A stretch of 64,000 nucleotides of DNA from Marsupella aquatica (Eukaryota > Plantae > Marchantiophyta): the NCBI GenBank assembly GCA_973895155.1, contig OZ316892.1, positions 5,362,376 to 5,426,375 of the forward strand, given 5' to 3'. This document shows, in pieces, positions 12,555-23,620 of the stretch. Positions within the stretch are counted from its first letter, which is position 1, and every line of letters begins with the position of its first letter. The position numbers were made by a program, and so were the translations under genes. The notes beneath the pieces were generated by a model. It was not told the DNA's origin and did not search any database. It was given only the letters and a program-made list of their open reading frames with translations.

Positions 12555-14977
12555 CTAATGGGAGCCTGTGGTTGAGCTTCCAGTTTGTGGAAATTCGTCC
12601 AGGGAAATGCCAAGAGCCTCTGGAAGGGTTGATGCAGATGGTCCTCGAAATTTGAACCTGCAATAGACATGTTCCATCATAACCGTGATCAAAACTTTGG
12701 TGGGAGGATGGATAAATAAATTGAATCAACGAAGACTGCTGTTGTCAGGGAGGTTGAGGAATATCAGGGTAGAGAGAGTCTATCTTACTGGCAAGCTCGA
12801 CTAGAAGGAGTATTTTCAATGTTAAACTCTGCCACTGTGCCCCCAAGAGATCTTACCAGGTGAGCATAGCCTGCTGCTGGCTGGACACCACAACACAAAG
12901 TAACTTCAGAGACAAGTACGAAGGCAATCTATTTTGACAGTACTCTGCCCTTCATATGCCTAAATAAATTATCTTCGGCTAGTCTGTAAGGACTGTAGAT
13001 ATGAGAACAAGTCCTCCAGATTTCCTCCTACACCTTTTTGCAATAGTAATGGAGAGATGCTGCATATGGGTATTGGCTTAACACTTTCATACCCAGACAA
13101 CTGCAGATGTCCCTGCGACCAGCAGGAGGTCACAATCTTGTAGAGAACCATCCGCTTGAGCCAGTATCGAGCCGTCCAAACTCTCACCAAACCACACCAC
13201 GTGTGGACGTAATAGTCCCGTGCAGAGCTTGCAACGAGGCAGTTCCTTCTCAGGAATTCGGTCTTCAGGTGTGGCTGGATCTGGAGAACCCTGCAGAGAA
13301 ACATTTCACTCCCATTCATGAAATTAAACAGGGAAAAATCAATGATTTGGGATGCAAGTTATCTAACAGAGGAGGAAACAACAGGGTAAACAAGGTGTTT
13401 CAAGGATCTCTAAGAGCAGCTCACATCCCATAGCCACTTACTGAGGTGCATAGATGTGCAAAATTTGACATACTTACTCTTCCAGCAAGAGCTGGACAAA
13501 TGGGCATGTCACGGTTTTCTTGGATGCTATGGCATTCTGTGCATCTAGTCTTCCAAAGGGAACCGTGAAGTTCGACCACATCCTCGCTTCCAGCTCTCAT
13601 GTGGAGTTCATCAATATTCTGAATCCATTCAATATTGCACAGGTAAAATAAATAGGATAAAACATTCGGATAAGTTCCCGATTTAGAGTTATACCATCCA
13701 CACTGGACCCTTTTGACTTACATGCAGCAGTTAAGAATTCCTCAGTGCAATTCGTCAAAGCAAACATTTCCACTCACCGCATTGCTGTTGCTTTACAGGT
13801 GCCATTCTAAATATGGTACCCTCAGTGACCTGTACCTGAGTTAGTAGACTGAAATTCTTTCCCTCCTGCTCACAGCGTTTCTGCAATGCGGCAATAGCAT
13901 AATGTGCTGGATTCGGTTTAGCCTTGTCCACAACGCATCTGCATTGGACATCCTTCATGCCGTTGATTTGTGTACCTATTTCTTCCAGGAAAACTGTTTG
14001 AGACAAAGGAAGGAGATCCTAGGCTAGAAGTGATCTCCAGTAAACAGACGTATTTTCACACACTGATCATTTTTGCGGAGTCAAATTCAAAGGGATGCTG
14101 ACCTCCGATAGTGGTAGAACTCCCAAACAAGGGAAGGATTTTCATTAAATGCTTCAGGTGTTGCCAGGTCCTATCAACACAAGTTACAGAAACAAAATTG
14201 TCACAAAGAACTTAGAGTAGACCTGCAAAGATAAAGTCATAGAAAGCTCTAACCACTGGTAAAAATTGGACATGATAATAATCCTCTCTAGCCAACATGA
14301 TGAAACTTTACCTGTTGATTGACAAAGTCAAATTTGAAATTATGAGAAAACAACATAGAGAGTTATGCCAACTGAAAGCGCAATGAGTACATTACTAGCC
14401 CTAAGCCTACACTGCCTCTTTATATTACCTTTATAGTTTAAACCCAAGAATGTATCAAGTTGTATAACAAAGGACAACGACATACCATAGCACTCCATGT
14501 TCGCCAGAGACCACCTTCACCCCGAAAAGTGGGAATGCCTGATTCTGCTGATACTCCAGCGCCAGTAAGAGCCGTAATATTCTGAGTTCAAATCAGGGAC
14601 TATATATTAATGAAACTTAGCATCATACTCTAAACCCAAATTGGAAGTTCTAAGGATTGGTAAGGATTATTGGCAAGGCTTCATCAATTCATCAGTTATT
14701 AAAATTTCTCACTTAAGATGTCTAGAACAGAAGATCACAGTCAATTATAGCTGTTTATAACCTATCATAACGTTCAACTGATAGAAATTGACGAGAGATT
14801 TTTCAGACTCATTGAATTATTATATCTCAAATGAGTTCACTCTATCTTACCCATAGGTCTAGCATTGCATCAAAGAGGATTGCAGGCAGAAAAGGACTAG
14901 AGGGCGATAGAAGCGAGTACCTTGGCTTTGGCAAGGACACGTGCAAATAAATCAAGTTGAGCCTTATCGATACCCAT
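12555..14977 (-). CDS. SIRT5: NAD-dependent protein deacylase, class III sirtuin (SIRT5/CobB type), about 285 aa, 8 exons
   Basis: Exons 14977-14921, 14581-14486, 14170-14103, 13938-13836, 13618-13478, 13290-13093, 12880-12789, 12657-12555 (858 nt, in frame, GT-AG). Motifs: [47 protein letters not shown] zinc site, [24 protein letters not shown]. The start codon is uncertain because the frame stays open about 30 codons upstream. Confidence 0.95.
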
Positions 14978-16949
14978 TTCAAATCGCCGAGTTCTCTCAG
15001 CCTCCTTGGGCCGCCGATCCGAAAGCTGAACGGTTAAACCGAAAGCAGTCGCCACCTGAGTCTTAGCCGAGCTCGCTCACCTAATTATTTTCGTGTCACA
15101 TAAGCTTTTGATATGGCGAGGCTACCGATGCTCCTAACCTGGTCATGACATCCGAAATCCGTTTCACTTAATAGAAGAGTCGCCCAAAATCCATCATGTA
15201 AGTTCACTAGATGAGAAAACACAAAACAACACAAAAAACAGGAAGGCAGGCACACAAAGGCTCTACAGTTAGTAGAACTAAAGCACATGGGAAGCGTCTG
15301 GTCTTCCTTGGCCTTCGAATAGTGCAGAACTTTTGTGGAGAGTGACAGATTTCGTTGGAACAAAATTCATTTTCACATATTTCCAAAATGGCTATCTGAC
15401 TACTGATTTTGGTACATCACATCTGCCTCGGAAATGCGCTGTCGTTTGAGAAAGCACAGAGAAATCTCTATTGCTACATGCCACACGACAAACCCTGTAC
15501 AGCATCCCACATCTGTCAATCTCTACAGAGCCGTGACTCTCTGCGATCTCTACCTTCGATTGGCTGAATTGGTATTGTGCCCTCTCCCAGACTTCTATCG
15601 TAGAGCTTTCTCAAATGTAAACACAGTTCTTTACTTTTCTACGTTAAATCCACGTAGTTTGCTCTTACTTCAGGGTCTTGCTTTGGACTGATGATCGTCT
15701 GTGAGTTTCCTGCAGAACATTCAACTCAGGCATTCACACCGACAGCTTCATAGATTCGACATATCATGGGCATTCTGTGGGTTTCTCGAAAGCCACAACA
15801 ATTGCTTCAAAGGACAAAACAATGGATCATCAAGGCTGACTTTCAGCCAGAAAGAAGTAAGAGAAATTTCCAAAAATACTGAAGCACTGAGCGCAGGGAG
15901 ACAGCACCGTTCAATTTAATTTCTGGAAGGCAACGATAAGGGGAGCGGATCGCCGTTCTCTACATTGCTCTCTGAAAGATTTCAATGTTCAAAAAGAGGA
16001 GAGAGAAGAATTGAGATGGATAGCTCTAAAAGCGGACCCCCACAATGAGAAAATCCCGGGGACGAGAAAGTTGCTAGCGTTCAGAAAGTCGGAGACAAGC
16101 ATCAGTCCATCAGACAAGCAGCAGAAGAGCATAGACAAAGGTCAGAACTATGGTGACAAGAAACTCAAAATTCCATTCATTTTTTAAAGAGTGACATAGA
16201 AGGCGAGAAGAGGCAGATTCGTCAAGTACGGACAGCAACTGAAGCTAAAACGTATAATTATTTTAAAGAAGGTGACTGAGAGCTCAAGAAAAAGATTCTC
16301 CCCAGCATCGAACTGGGCTTTAGAAGAACCATGGTACAACAAAATATAACGCCCCCTCACTTCCAAGATTTTATTTTTGTATTTATTACCTTATTTATAT
16401 TTCATCGGGGTTCATATCAAGTGACCCGCCCATTTTAACTCTACATGAGATTGAAATTCTCCCAATCCTCCATGGACTTCTTCCAATCCTCCATGGAGTG
16501 GAGTGGGTCCACCCAAATGCTTAATGTGGAGAGTGTAGTTTTCTGGCCGAAGTTTAGATGACTTCTTGAGGTGGTATTTTGGAAGGAACCCTGGTCTCTT
16601 CTTATTCTGTCACCACACTATTAAATGCACTGCCTGTCCTGTCATTCTTGCAAAGCCCCACTAAGGCTATCTGACAAAACCAGAATGCAATAGCATGTTT
16701 TTCAAGAGAAAGATAGAAATTGGAGTGAATGAGAGCTCAAAACAAAGATGCTCACATAGCATCAAAGGTTTTTCTACACAACCAGAATGGAACAGCATCA
16801 AGAAAACATGCTCTGCTAACATCAACTGATTGCAAGAGAATTACAACATCAAGATGCCCCCATGATTGTCCAGCACAATAAGAATAAGATGCTCCCATAG
16901 CAGCATTCTAATGTTGTCTGGAACAACCCAGATATAATCATGCATACTG

Positions 16950-18290
16950 TAGTGTATGGATGTACACATGGGGAAGATGATCTCACAAATTTGTAGATCA
17001 TATTATTGAAACACATTTAAATGTTTGCTAGGATTCTATTCCAGTTGCAACATCCCATTTGATCAATTTTAGCCTTAAACCACACTGCCACAATAGGATT
17101 GAAGAGGAGGTGTGCAAACCTGCCAGCACTTTCCACTTTCCCTCCTCTAGGATCACCCATCTGCTTTGTAATTTCAGGAAAAAAAATAAAAATATTATGG
17201 CGCCAGGAAAAAATCCTGGCATTACCAGGTTCAACCAGGGAGAGTGGTGGTTTCAGAGTAGACCAAAGGGAATCCCATCATGAATCCAAAAGGATGATAC
17301 AACATCTCAATCATTCTCTGCAGTAGATGTTGGTCATGGTCCATTTGGAGATGATGGTTCAAGAGTTGAGTAATTTACACTTGGAGATGTACATTCAGAT
17401 CATATCTCTCTTGTCAAGGCGAAAGGGCCATTCAATTACAAAAGCAACAGCAACTGAAGGATATCATCATGAAGGATAATGTTTCTAGACAGTGAACATT
17501 TTAAAAAAAAATTCACAATTTGTGCTCCTGTTCCCCTGTTGTGATGCATTGAGTTCAAGGGGTTTAGGTTTAGAGGAAATGTTTTTGGATTCACCACCCG
17601 CATCCCAACTTCGATACCAGGTATCATGGTAAGTTTGGATTGCCCTGCTTGATATGTCACATCAAGGTTTACTAAGACACTTACTTTTGACCCTGCTTTT
17701 GACAAAGGTGTTGGGCAAAAATTAATCTCCTGAATCATCCAACAGTTCTTGTATTCTTGGACTTGGCTTCACTAGTTGGTGAACGTTCCTTGTCTTTGTA
17801 TTTGGATCTTTGTGGATGGTTCTTGGGATTTTCGTCTGAGTTCAGTGCTTCAGATCTTAGGTTTCTCTGCTGGATCTCTCCCTGGACTTTGGATTGAGTG
17901 ATCCCTCACTGTTGCGGTTGATCTTAGGCTGTTTGTAATGGGTGACTTTAGGTTGCTTTTTACTGTTCCCATTTGCCCTTTGCCCTCTTGGCTGGATGTG
18001 TCTGGTCTTGGAGTGGTGGTTGGTCCTTGACTCTTTTGTGGGTCTGGCTAGTTATTCCCTGTTTTATTGGGTTTTACTTTTCTGATGAGTAAAGTGCTCC
18101 TTTCAAGAAAAAAATAATATTCATCCAACAAGTTTTGTCAAAGGTGGCTAGTAACAAAATGACAATTTCATTTGAGCAGGGCACCTCTATTTGCATATCA
18201 CGGGTTACATATTAAACTCAGTCAGGTTGTATGTGGGGTTAGATAGTAGCCACCTTGGCTAATGTTTAACAACACGAAAAACAAATGGCT
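16950..18290 (-). mobile_element. Old degenerate LINE (L1-like) ORF2 remnant, interrupted by a younger insertion
   Basis: Broken minus-strand frames such as KLQSRWVILEEGKWKVLAGLHTSSSILLWQCGLRLK resemble the region downstream of the RT in plant LINEs. Many stops; boundaries approximate. Confidence 0.4.
17745..18120 (+). mobile_element. 5'-truncated LINE 3' end with A-rich tail and 10-bp TSD
   Basis: T/G-rich 3'UTR-like sequence ending tttcaagaaaaaaaataatat, flanked by the exact direct repeat tcatccaaca at 17735-17744 and 18121-18130. Confidence 0.75.
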
Positions 18291-18479
18291 GGTCCCTAAC
18301 GTGCAGTAGAGGGTTGCTCTCACTGATAATGTCGATGACAACTGACTTGTGATAGAAATCTTCGAGTGGTTATACAAGTTTCAATCCACTGGGATTCAAG
18401 AGACTATAAAATCATGCTGGGAAACCGAGATCAGTCTCCAATCAGCCTGCTTGAATGTCTAGTCTAGTCTAGTTCAATG

Positions 18480-19230
18480 CATTTGGCATGCAATTCACCA
18501 ACACACTCGTCCCTGGCCCCTCCTTTGTTGTATTGGAAAAAGTTCTTGTATGATGTGTTTGACACCATGCATATCCAGATTTGTACAATTCCATCTAATT
18601 TTTAATTTCCAACCTTCAATCATTCTACAATTCGGTCACATCTTGGTCACAAGGAACGCAATGATGTTTCCCACATTGATGTGTACAACGGTAATCTGGA
18701 ACGAAACTAACTTGCGCTATATTCTCACTCACTAGAGCGACTGAGCTTTTTGTCAACAATGGCAATTGCAACATGTCGGGTGCCACCCATCCAAACAACA
18801 ATGTCGGTTGATGAGGAAGCCTTCCTTTTGGATCGAGGGATGTCTGTGGGCACCCGTGTGGGCAGGCCAATGTGCAGGGCTCCATGTGGGAGTGACACCA
18901 ATTGCCCAGATGCTTAGAGTTGCCAGAACCATGCCTGCACTTTGGCATTTACCTTGCATGACCTTTCGAGAGCTCGGTTCATATTCGGCCAAGACGAGTG
19001 CAGAGTGACAACCTTCTAATAGTTTCTATCAATTGTGGGTGGTGAGGGTCTGATGATGCCCATTAATTGCTTGTATATGTAGTTAGGTGCCTCCTGCTCA
19101 CACGACCATGATTGTGTGTTATATTTCTTTGTATCGTGCAAGGTTCAGTGCACATAGTGCAGGCAAGTGTCAAGATCCGGTCAAGATACCATAGCCATAG
19201 ACACTAGGAGCTAAACCAATTAACATTGCT
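18480..19230 (+). pseudogene. Decayed gene copy 1 with a Cys-rich WAGxCAG module; paralog of 47760-48510
   Basis: Shares collinear blocks with the reverse complement of 47760-48510: gtaatctggaacgaaactaac, gagagc.cggttcata..cggccaaga, aggttcagtgcaca.agtgc.ggcaag, agataccatagc. 18859-18938 reads WAGQCAG(frameshift)PCGSDTNCPDA*SCQNHAC. Confidence 0.7.
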
Positions 19231-19399
19231 AAAATGAAGCAAGGCCAAACAGGCTTAACAACTACAATACATAGGACCACTGCTATTCTAAAATTGGTAT
19301 TCTAAAGTTTCTGTTACTCAAAATGAATTTGATAGTTTGAATGTTTATGTTCCTTGGAATGAAATTGATGTTTTGATTTTTTTCTGTTGTTAAATGATA

Positions 19400-19900
19400 C
19401 ATTGTAATCTTTGCGCCAGTGCATGGTTTGCCAGCAAGTTCAATCAATAAGCTTTTTTCTGAAATGTGAGTAGTCATGGAGTTCTCTGTATTTGTATCCG
19501 TAAAGTTGATTCCCCCTGTCACTAAAGATATGGCAGAATCATTCATTTAGCACAGGGCACATTGGATTATTGACAATTACAGAGTTTCTAAACAGACACT
19601 GTCAAGGGTGCAATTGCAACTCCAACCAATATTATGCTACACTTCTAGAGGCTCAGTTGCATGAGCTGTTCAGTTACTTCCACTGCCTATCACTGGAGCC
19701 ATCACATATCTCTGATTTGTTTAGGGTCTGTAGCGGGCGAGGATAAATGAAAGTCCAATGTTTTCTGGATTGTACCACGCATGAATCAATACATCAATTG
19801 GACTCGTTTCTGCCATAAGCAATAACTAAGAACTCCACTAGATCTTGAAGCTCAGGCCAAGGTTCACTATAATCGCATTCTTCACATTCAATAGCTTTTG
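19400..19900 (-). pseudogene. Possible degraded C-terminal half of a 2-oxoglutarate/Fe(II) dioxygenase
   Basis: Fragments in different frames fall in the expected order: NAIIVNLG, H.VVQSRK, KYRE...HFRKK, LAGKPCTGAKI. Compare the plant 2OGD pattern ALIVNLGD...HRVV...YR.F...LxGK...AKI. Heavily frameshifted. Confidence 0.35.
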
Positions 19901-20367
19901 TCTACGATGGAACTCTGGCTCCTCTGTTATGATGAGAGCGATGAAAGGAGAATTAACAAGAGTGCGGATGGGTTTGGCCTTTAGATTCAATAGTCGATTG
20001 ATGATGTAATTTGACGGGTTTAATTAGCAAATGTGTCACAAAAGTAAAGCTACGGTGCTCTGAATAATTCCCCTGTTCAACACGTGCAGTAGTAAGGAAA
20101 AGTTTGATTTGCTCTACTTATTCATTATGGGCCCTTCAACTTGAAGTATGAAGGGCTTCAGTTGTGGCTCTGTGGTAGAGCACTACCAGATCCTAGGTTC
20201 AATTACTACTCTGGGCTCCATGTTCTTGAAAGTTCCAACATGGTATTATAGCCAAAGAATTATGAATCTCTCTTGAAGCAATGTCTCTTGAAGCAAGTGT
20301 GGCTAAAGGGAAGGTGTTACAAATGAAACCACACTCTAACCAGAGACTCTTGAAGCAATGTCTCTTG

Positions 20368-20711
20368 TGTTAGATATTGCTCTAGTCTTGTGACTCATGA
20401 GCTAACCACAGTTAGTCTAACTCGGGTTAGGACTTAGCTAATGTTAGTGGTAGTGTTGGTGTGCATTTAGCCAGGGCTGATGCCAGACCCTGGTGGAACT
20501 GAGGCTCATTGTTACGGAGCTAGTTGAGAGATAGGAAGAGCTTGTGCTGTGGATGCTTGGTATGGCCAGTCGGCCTAGAGTGCAGTAAAGCTCTTGTGTG
20601 TTCCCGTGGACGTAGCCTCATGTGGAGGTGAACCACGTATCTCTCTGTGTCGACTATTGTGCGTTGGATGGTTCATGGGCTTGCTGTTGCGAATGTCGTC
20701 TATGCTCAACA
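20368..20711 (+). mobile_element. Copia-type solo LTR nested in the TRIM
   Basis: TGTT...AACA termini and an exact 5-bp TSD tcttg (20363-20367 and 20712-20716). Contains the Copia LTR-like motif cccgtggacgtagcc...gaaccacgta. Confidence 0.85.
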
Positions 20712-20786
20712 TCTTGAAGCAAGTGTGGCTAAAGGGATGTGTTACAAATGAAACCACACTCTAACCAGAGACGATACAGGCATGAA

Positions 20787-20857
20787 GGGCTTGTAGCTCA
20801 TAGGTAGAGCACTACAAAATACACAGGAGGTGCTAGGTTCACTTCCTAGCAAATCCA
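20787..20857 (+). other. tRNA-derived sequence (Pol III A/B boxes) inside the TRIM LTR; not a functional tRNA
   Basis: gggcttg TA GCTC ataggta GAGC ... GCTAG gttcactt c CTAGC aaatcca: D arm, T arm and most of the acceptor stem are present, while the anticodon arm is degenerate. A more decayed copy lies at about 20153-20220. Confidence 0.75.
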
Positions 20858-21010
20858 TGTGAAAGTTCCAACAATTGATTCATGTGATTATCAGAAAACT
20901 TTACTCCAATACACTCTAAATTCAGCATTATTTTAGGGTAGATATTTAAGAGGAATTCATTTTTAAATACCCACTTCCAAGGCTGACTCAGTTCAAAAAG
21001 TACGTGGATT

Positions 21011-21222
21011 GGGAGAGATCTAAAGAAAATTTAGGCCGACTCACCCACTTCCAAGATTTTGCTTTTAGACTTCATCAACTTAGATTTCACCAGTACTTAT
21101 AGGATTGTGCTTTTTGGATAGGGAGAAATCTAAAGAAAATTTAGGTTGACTCACCCACTTTTCCAAAATTTTGCTTTAAGACTTCATCAAGTTAGATTTC
21201 ATAAGTACTTATGGGATTGTGC
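21011..21222. repeat. 110-bp tandem duplication
   Basis: gggaga.atctaaagaaaatttagg..gactcacccactt...gacttcatcaa.ttagatttca..agtacttat.ggattgtgc at 21011 and 21121. Confidence 0.9.
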
Positions 21223-22204
21223 GCGCTTTGCATTGAGGGAGGCCTTATCTCCCCTGTTTTTGTCGTCACTGCCTTCTTTAAACAAAGGCCTGGGTATACA
21301 ACTCTTATATAATAGGTAGGAGTCTACAATTTTATGTGGACTAGGGAGTTGGTTATACAAAATTTTTTTTTTGAAAAAACCTGAGTTTTCCACTTAAAAA
21401 TAAAAATAATGAGAGGTACAAGAGTTTAGTAGTCAGACTAAAATGAAACCAAACATAGTCAACTGGATATAAGGCCATTATAAAGAATAAAGAATTTGCC
21501 ATATAGAAAGGGCCGGGGAGTTGCATACCTGGGAACAGAGGGTGTGGGCTGCGGTGTGGGCTGCACTTCAGGAGCTCAGGTTTTTACTAGTCTTTCTAAA
21601 GCTAAGTTAGGTTTAGGGCTTCTAGACATATTCCCCTTTGTGACAATACTAAGTAAGTGGTTCACTCCCCAGTTAGTCAAGGCTTTCAATTCTCCGCCCA
21701 CAAGTTTTTATGTACTTGGCTCCTTATTGGGCTTTTGTTATTTTGTTGTTGTGGGGGATGGACTGGGTGGGTTGTTGGGCCTCTTTCAATTGGTCTTCTT
21801 TGGGTTTGCGCCTAAGTTCCCTCCATTTATTGGCCAGCTCAATTTGCCTTTGGGATCCTTTGGCTCGTTTGTCCTTCAGCACTGAAATATATTTTTCTAG
21901 ATTTCATCAGCAAAATAGACTAGGGGCAAACTAAGGGGCCGAGTGGAAATCAACACCAAGCCTTATATCTAATATCAAAACCTCTAGAAAAGCTGTGCAC
22001 ATGTGCGAGTACAATTTACATTCAATGAAAAGGAGTCTAGACGTCAATGTATCGAGCTCATATCCCGTGCCTGACATCCAAAATGAAAGTGGTCAGAAGA
22101 GGAGTCCAGTTGTAGCGAGGCCTATGGAGATTCTTGCCTATGTAATGGGTGTCCAGATAAAGATCACAACCCGAGAACAGAGTGACTGGAGTGATGGTGC
22201 AAAT

Positions 22205-23620
22205 TCGAGTTGATTCGTAACTGAAGAAGAAGAAATCTCTGACCGTAGTCCTTTCGTCTGACTGTCCTTTCGACGGACACGAGAAAGAGAGTTATGTGCA
22301 ATTGATGACAACTAAGGAAAAGTCGATCGAATTACAGCACTTGGAAAGAAGTACATTCATTGATCGAACAAAAGTGGACTTTACATTTGAGTCGCTTGAG
22401 ACAGACAACTAGAATGAGAGCTTATGGACGGGCTTATGGATCATGTGCAATAATTGACCTCGACGAGGCAAAGTTGAGTTGATTTGTAACTTGGAAAGAT
22501 GAGCAACCCAATTAAAGTAGACAATTATGTGCCACTCGAGACAAAAAACGAGAAAGAGTGTTTCATTATGTGTGCAATTGAGGACGACGGAGGCAACATG
22601 GAGTTGATTTGTAACTCAAAGAAGAACAAACCAAAGTAGACTGTATGTGGGAGTCGAAACAGACAACGAGAACTTAGAAAGTCTACGCGCAACTGATTTT
22701 CAAACAAACAGCCGTAGATTTTACGTGGGAATCGAGGCGGACGTTCAGCTAGAAAGGGAGGTAGTACGATTGACAACCACGGAGGCAATTGATTTTCAAC
22801 TCAAGGACATGGAACCAAAGTACACATTGTCACAAACTGTGCGTTGAGACAGACACGGAGGCAATTGATTTTCAACTCGAGAACATTGAACCAAAGTACA
22901 CATTGTCTCAAAGTGTGAGTTGAGACAGACGACGAGAAAGTCGGAGTGTTCATGTCACGGCAATTGAGGACAGACACCTGAATGCATGTAGAGTTTGATC
23001 ATCTGTAAGTCGATCTACAGTAGACGAAAGTGGAATTCACGTGTAACTCGAGACAGTAAGACTTGGAAAGAATAGGCAACCAATTAAACGAGATATTACA
23101 CGCGAATCGAGACAAAGAACGAGGGTTTCATATTATGTGCAATAGAGGACGACGGAGGCAACTTAGCGTTGATTTGTAACTCAAGAAGAACAAACCAAAG
23201 TAGACTGTATGTGGGAGTCGAGACAGACATTGAGAACTTAGAGAGTTGAAGACAGTGCAATTGATTTTCAAGTTAGAGAGTCTACATGCAGTTGATGATC
23301 AAACAAACCACAGTAGACTTTGTGTGAATTGAGACGGACGTTCAACGAGAAAGAGGTTATGTGCTGACGACGGAGGCAATTGATTATCAACTTACGAACA
23401 TTGAACCAAAGTACACTTTTGTGTGAGATGAGACAGACAACGAGAAATCGTAGTGTTCTCGTCACGGCAATTGCGGACACCTGAAAAGTAGAGTTCGATC
23501 ATCTGTGACTCGATCATTCGACAGAAGACGAAAGTGGATCATGTGTAACTCGAGATATACGACCAACGAACCGAAGGTGAATTCGATCACGTGCGATGTA
23601 CTCGAGACGGACAAGAGAGT
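22205..23620. repeat. Degenerate modular tandem array (units about 75-125 bp) with a higher-order duplication of about 565 bp
   Basis: Recurring ordered motifs: ttgattt(gt/tc)aactc, aaccaaagta(g/c)ac, gagacagac..cgagaa, gcaattgaggac, acggaggcaa. The block gttgatttgtaactcaa(a)gaagaacaaaccaaagtagactgtatgtgggagtcga lies at about 22604 and about 23168. Confidence 0.85.

Larger units (their letters stand above)
20148..20873 (+). mobile_element. Miniature non-autonomous LTR element (TRIM) with tRNA-like LTRs, Helenus-like
   Basis: The partial 5' LTR ends gaaagttccaaca (20240) and is followed by PBS-like tggtattatagcc. The internal region is very short. PPT-like ggctaaaggga precedes the complete LTR 20740-20873 (TGTT...AACA). 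A further partial PPT plus LTR start lies at about 20300-20347. Confidence 0.8.

Noticed and set aside
16950-18120. Single twin-primed (5'-inverted) LINE
   Set aside because: The TSD brackets only 17745-18120, so these are two independent insertions.
20787-20857. Functional tRNA gene
   Set aside because: The anticodon arm does not pair, there is no oligo-T terminator, and it is embedded in a repeated LTR.
22205-23620. CRISPR-like array
   Set aside because: The repeats are degenerate, the linkers are related to each other rather than unique, no cas genes are present and the context is eukaryotic.
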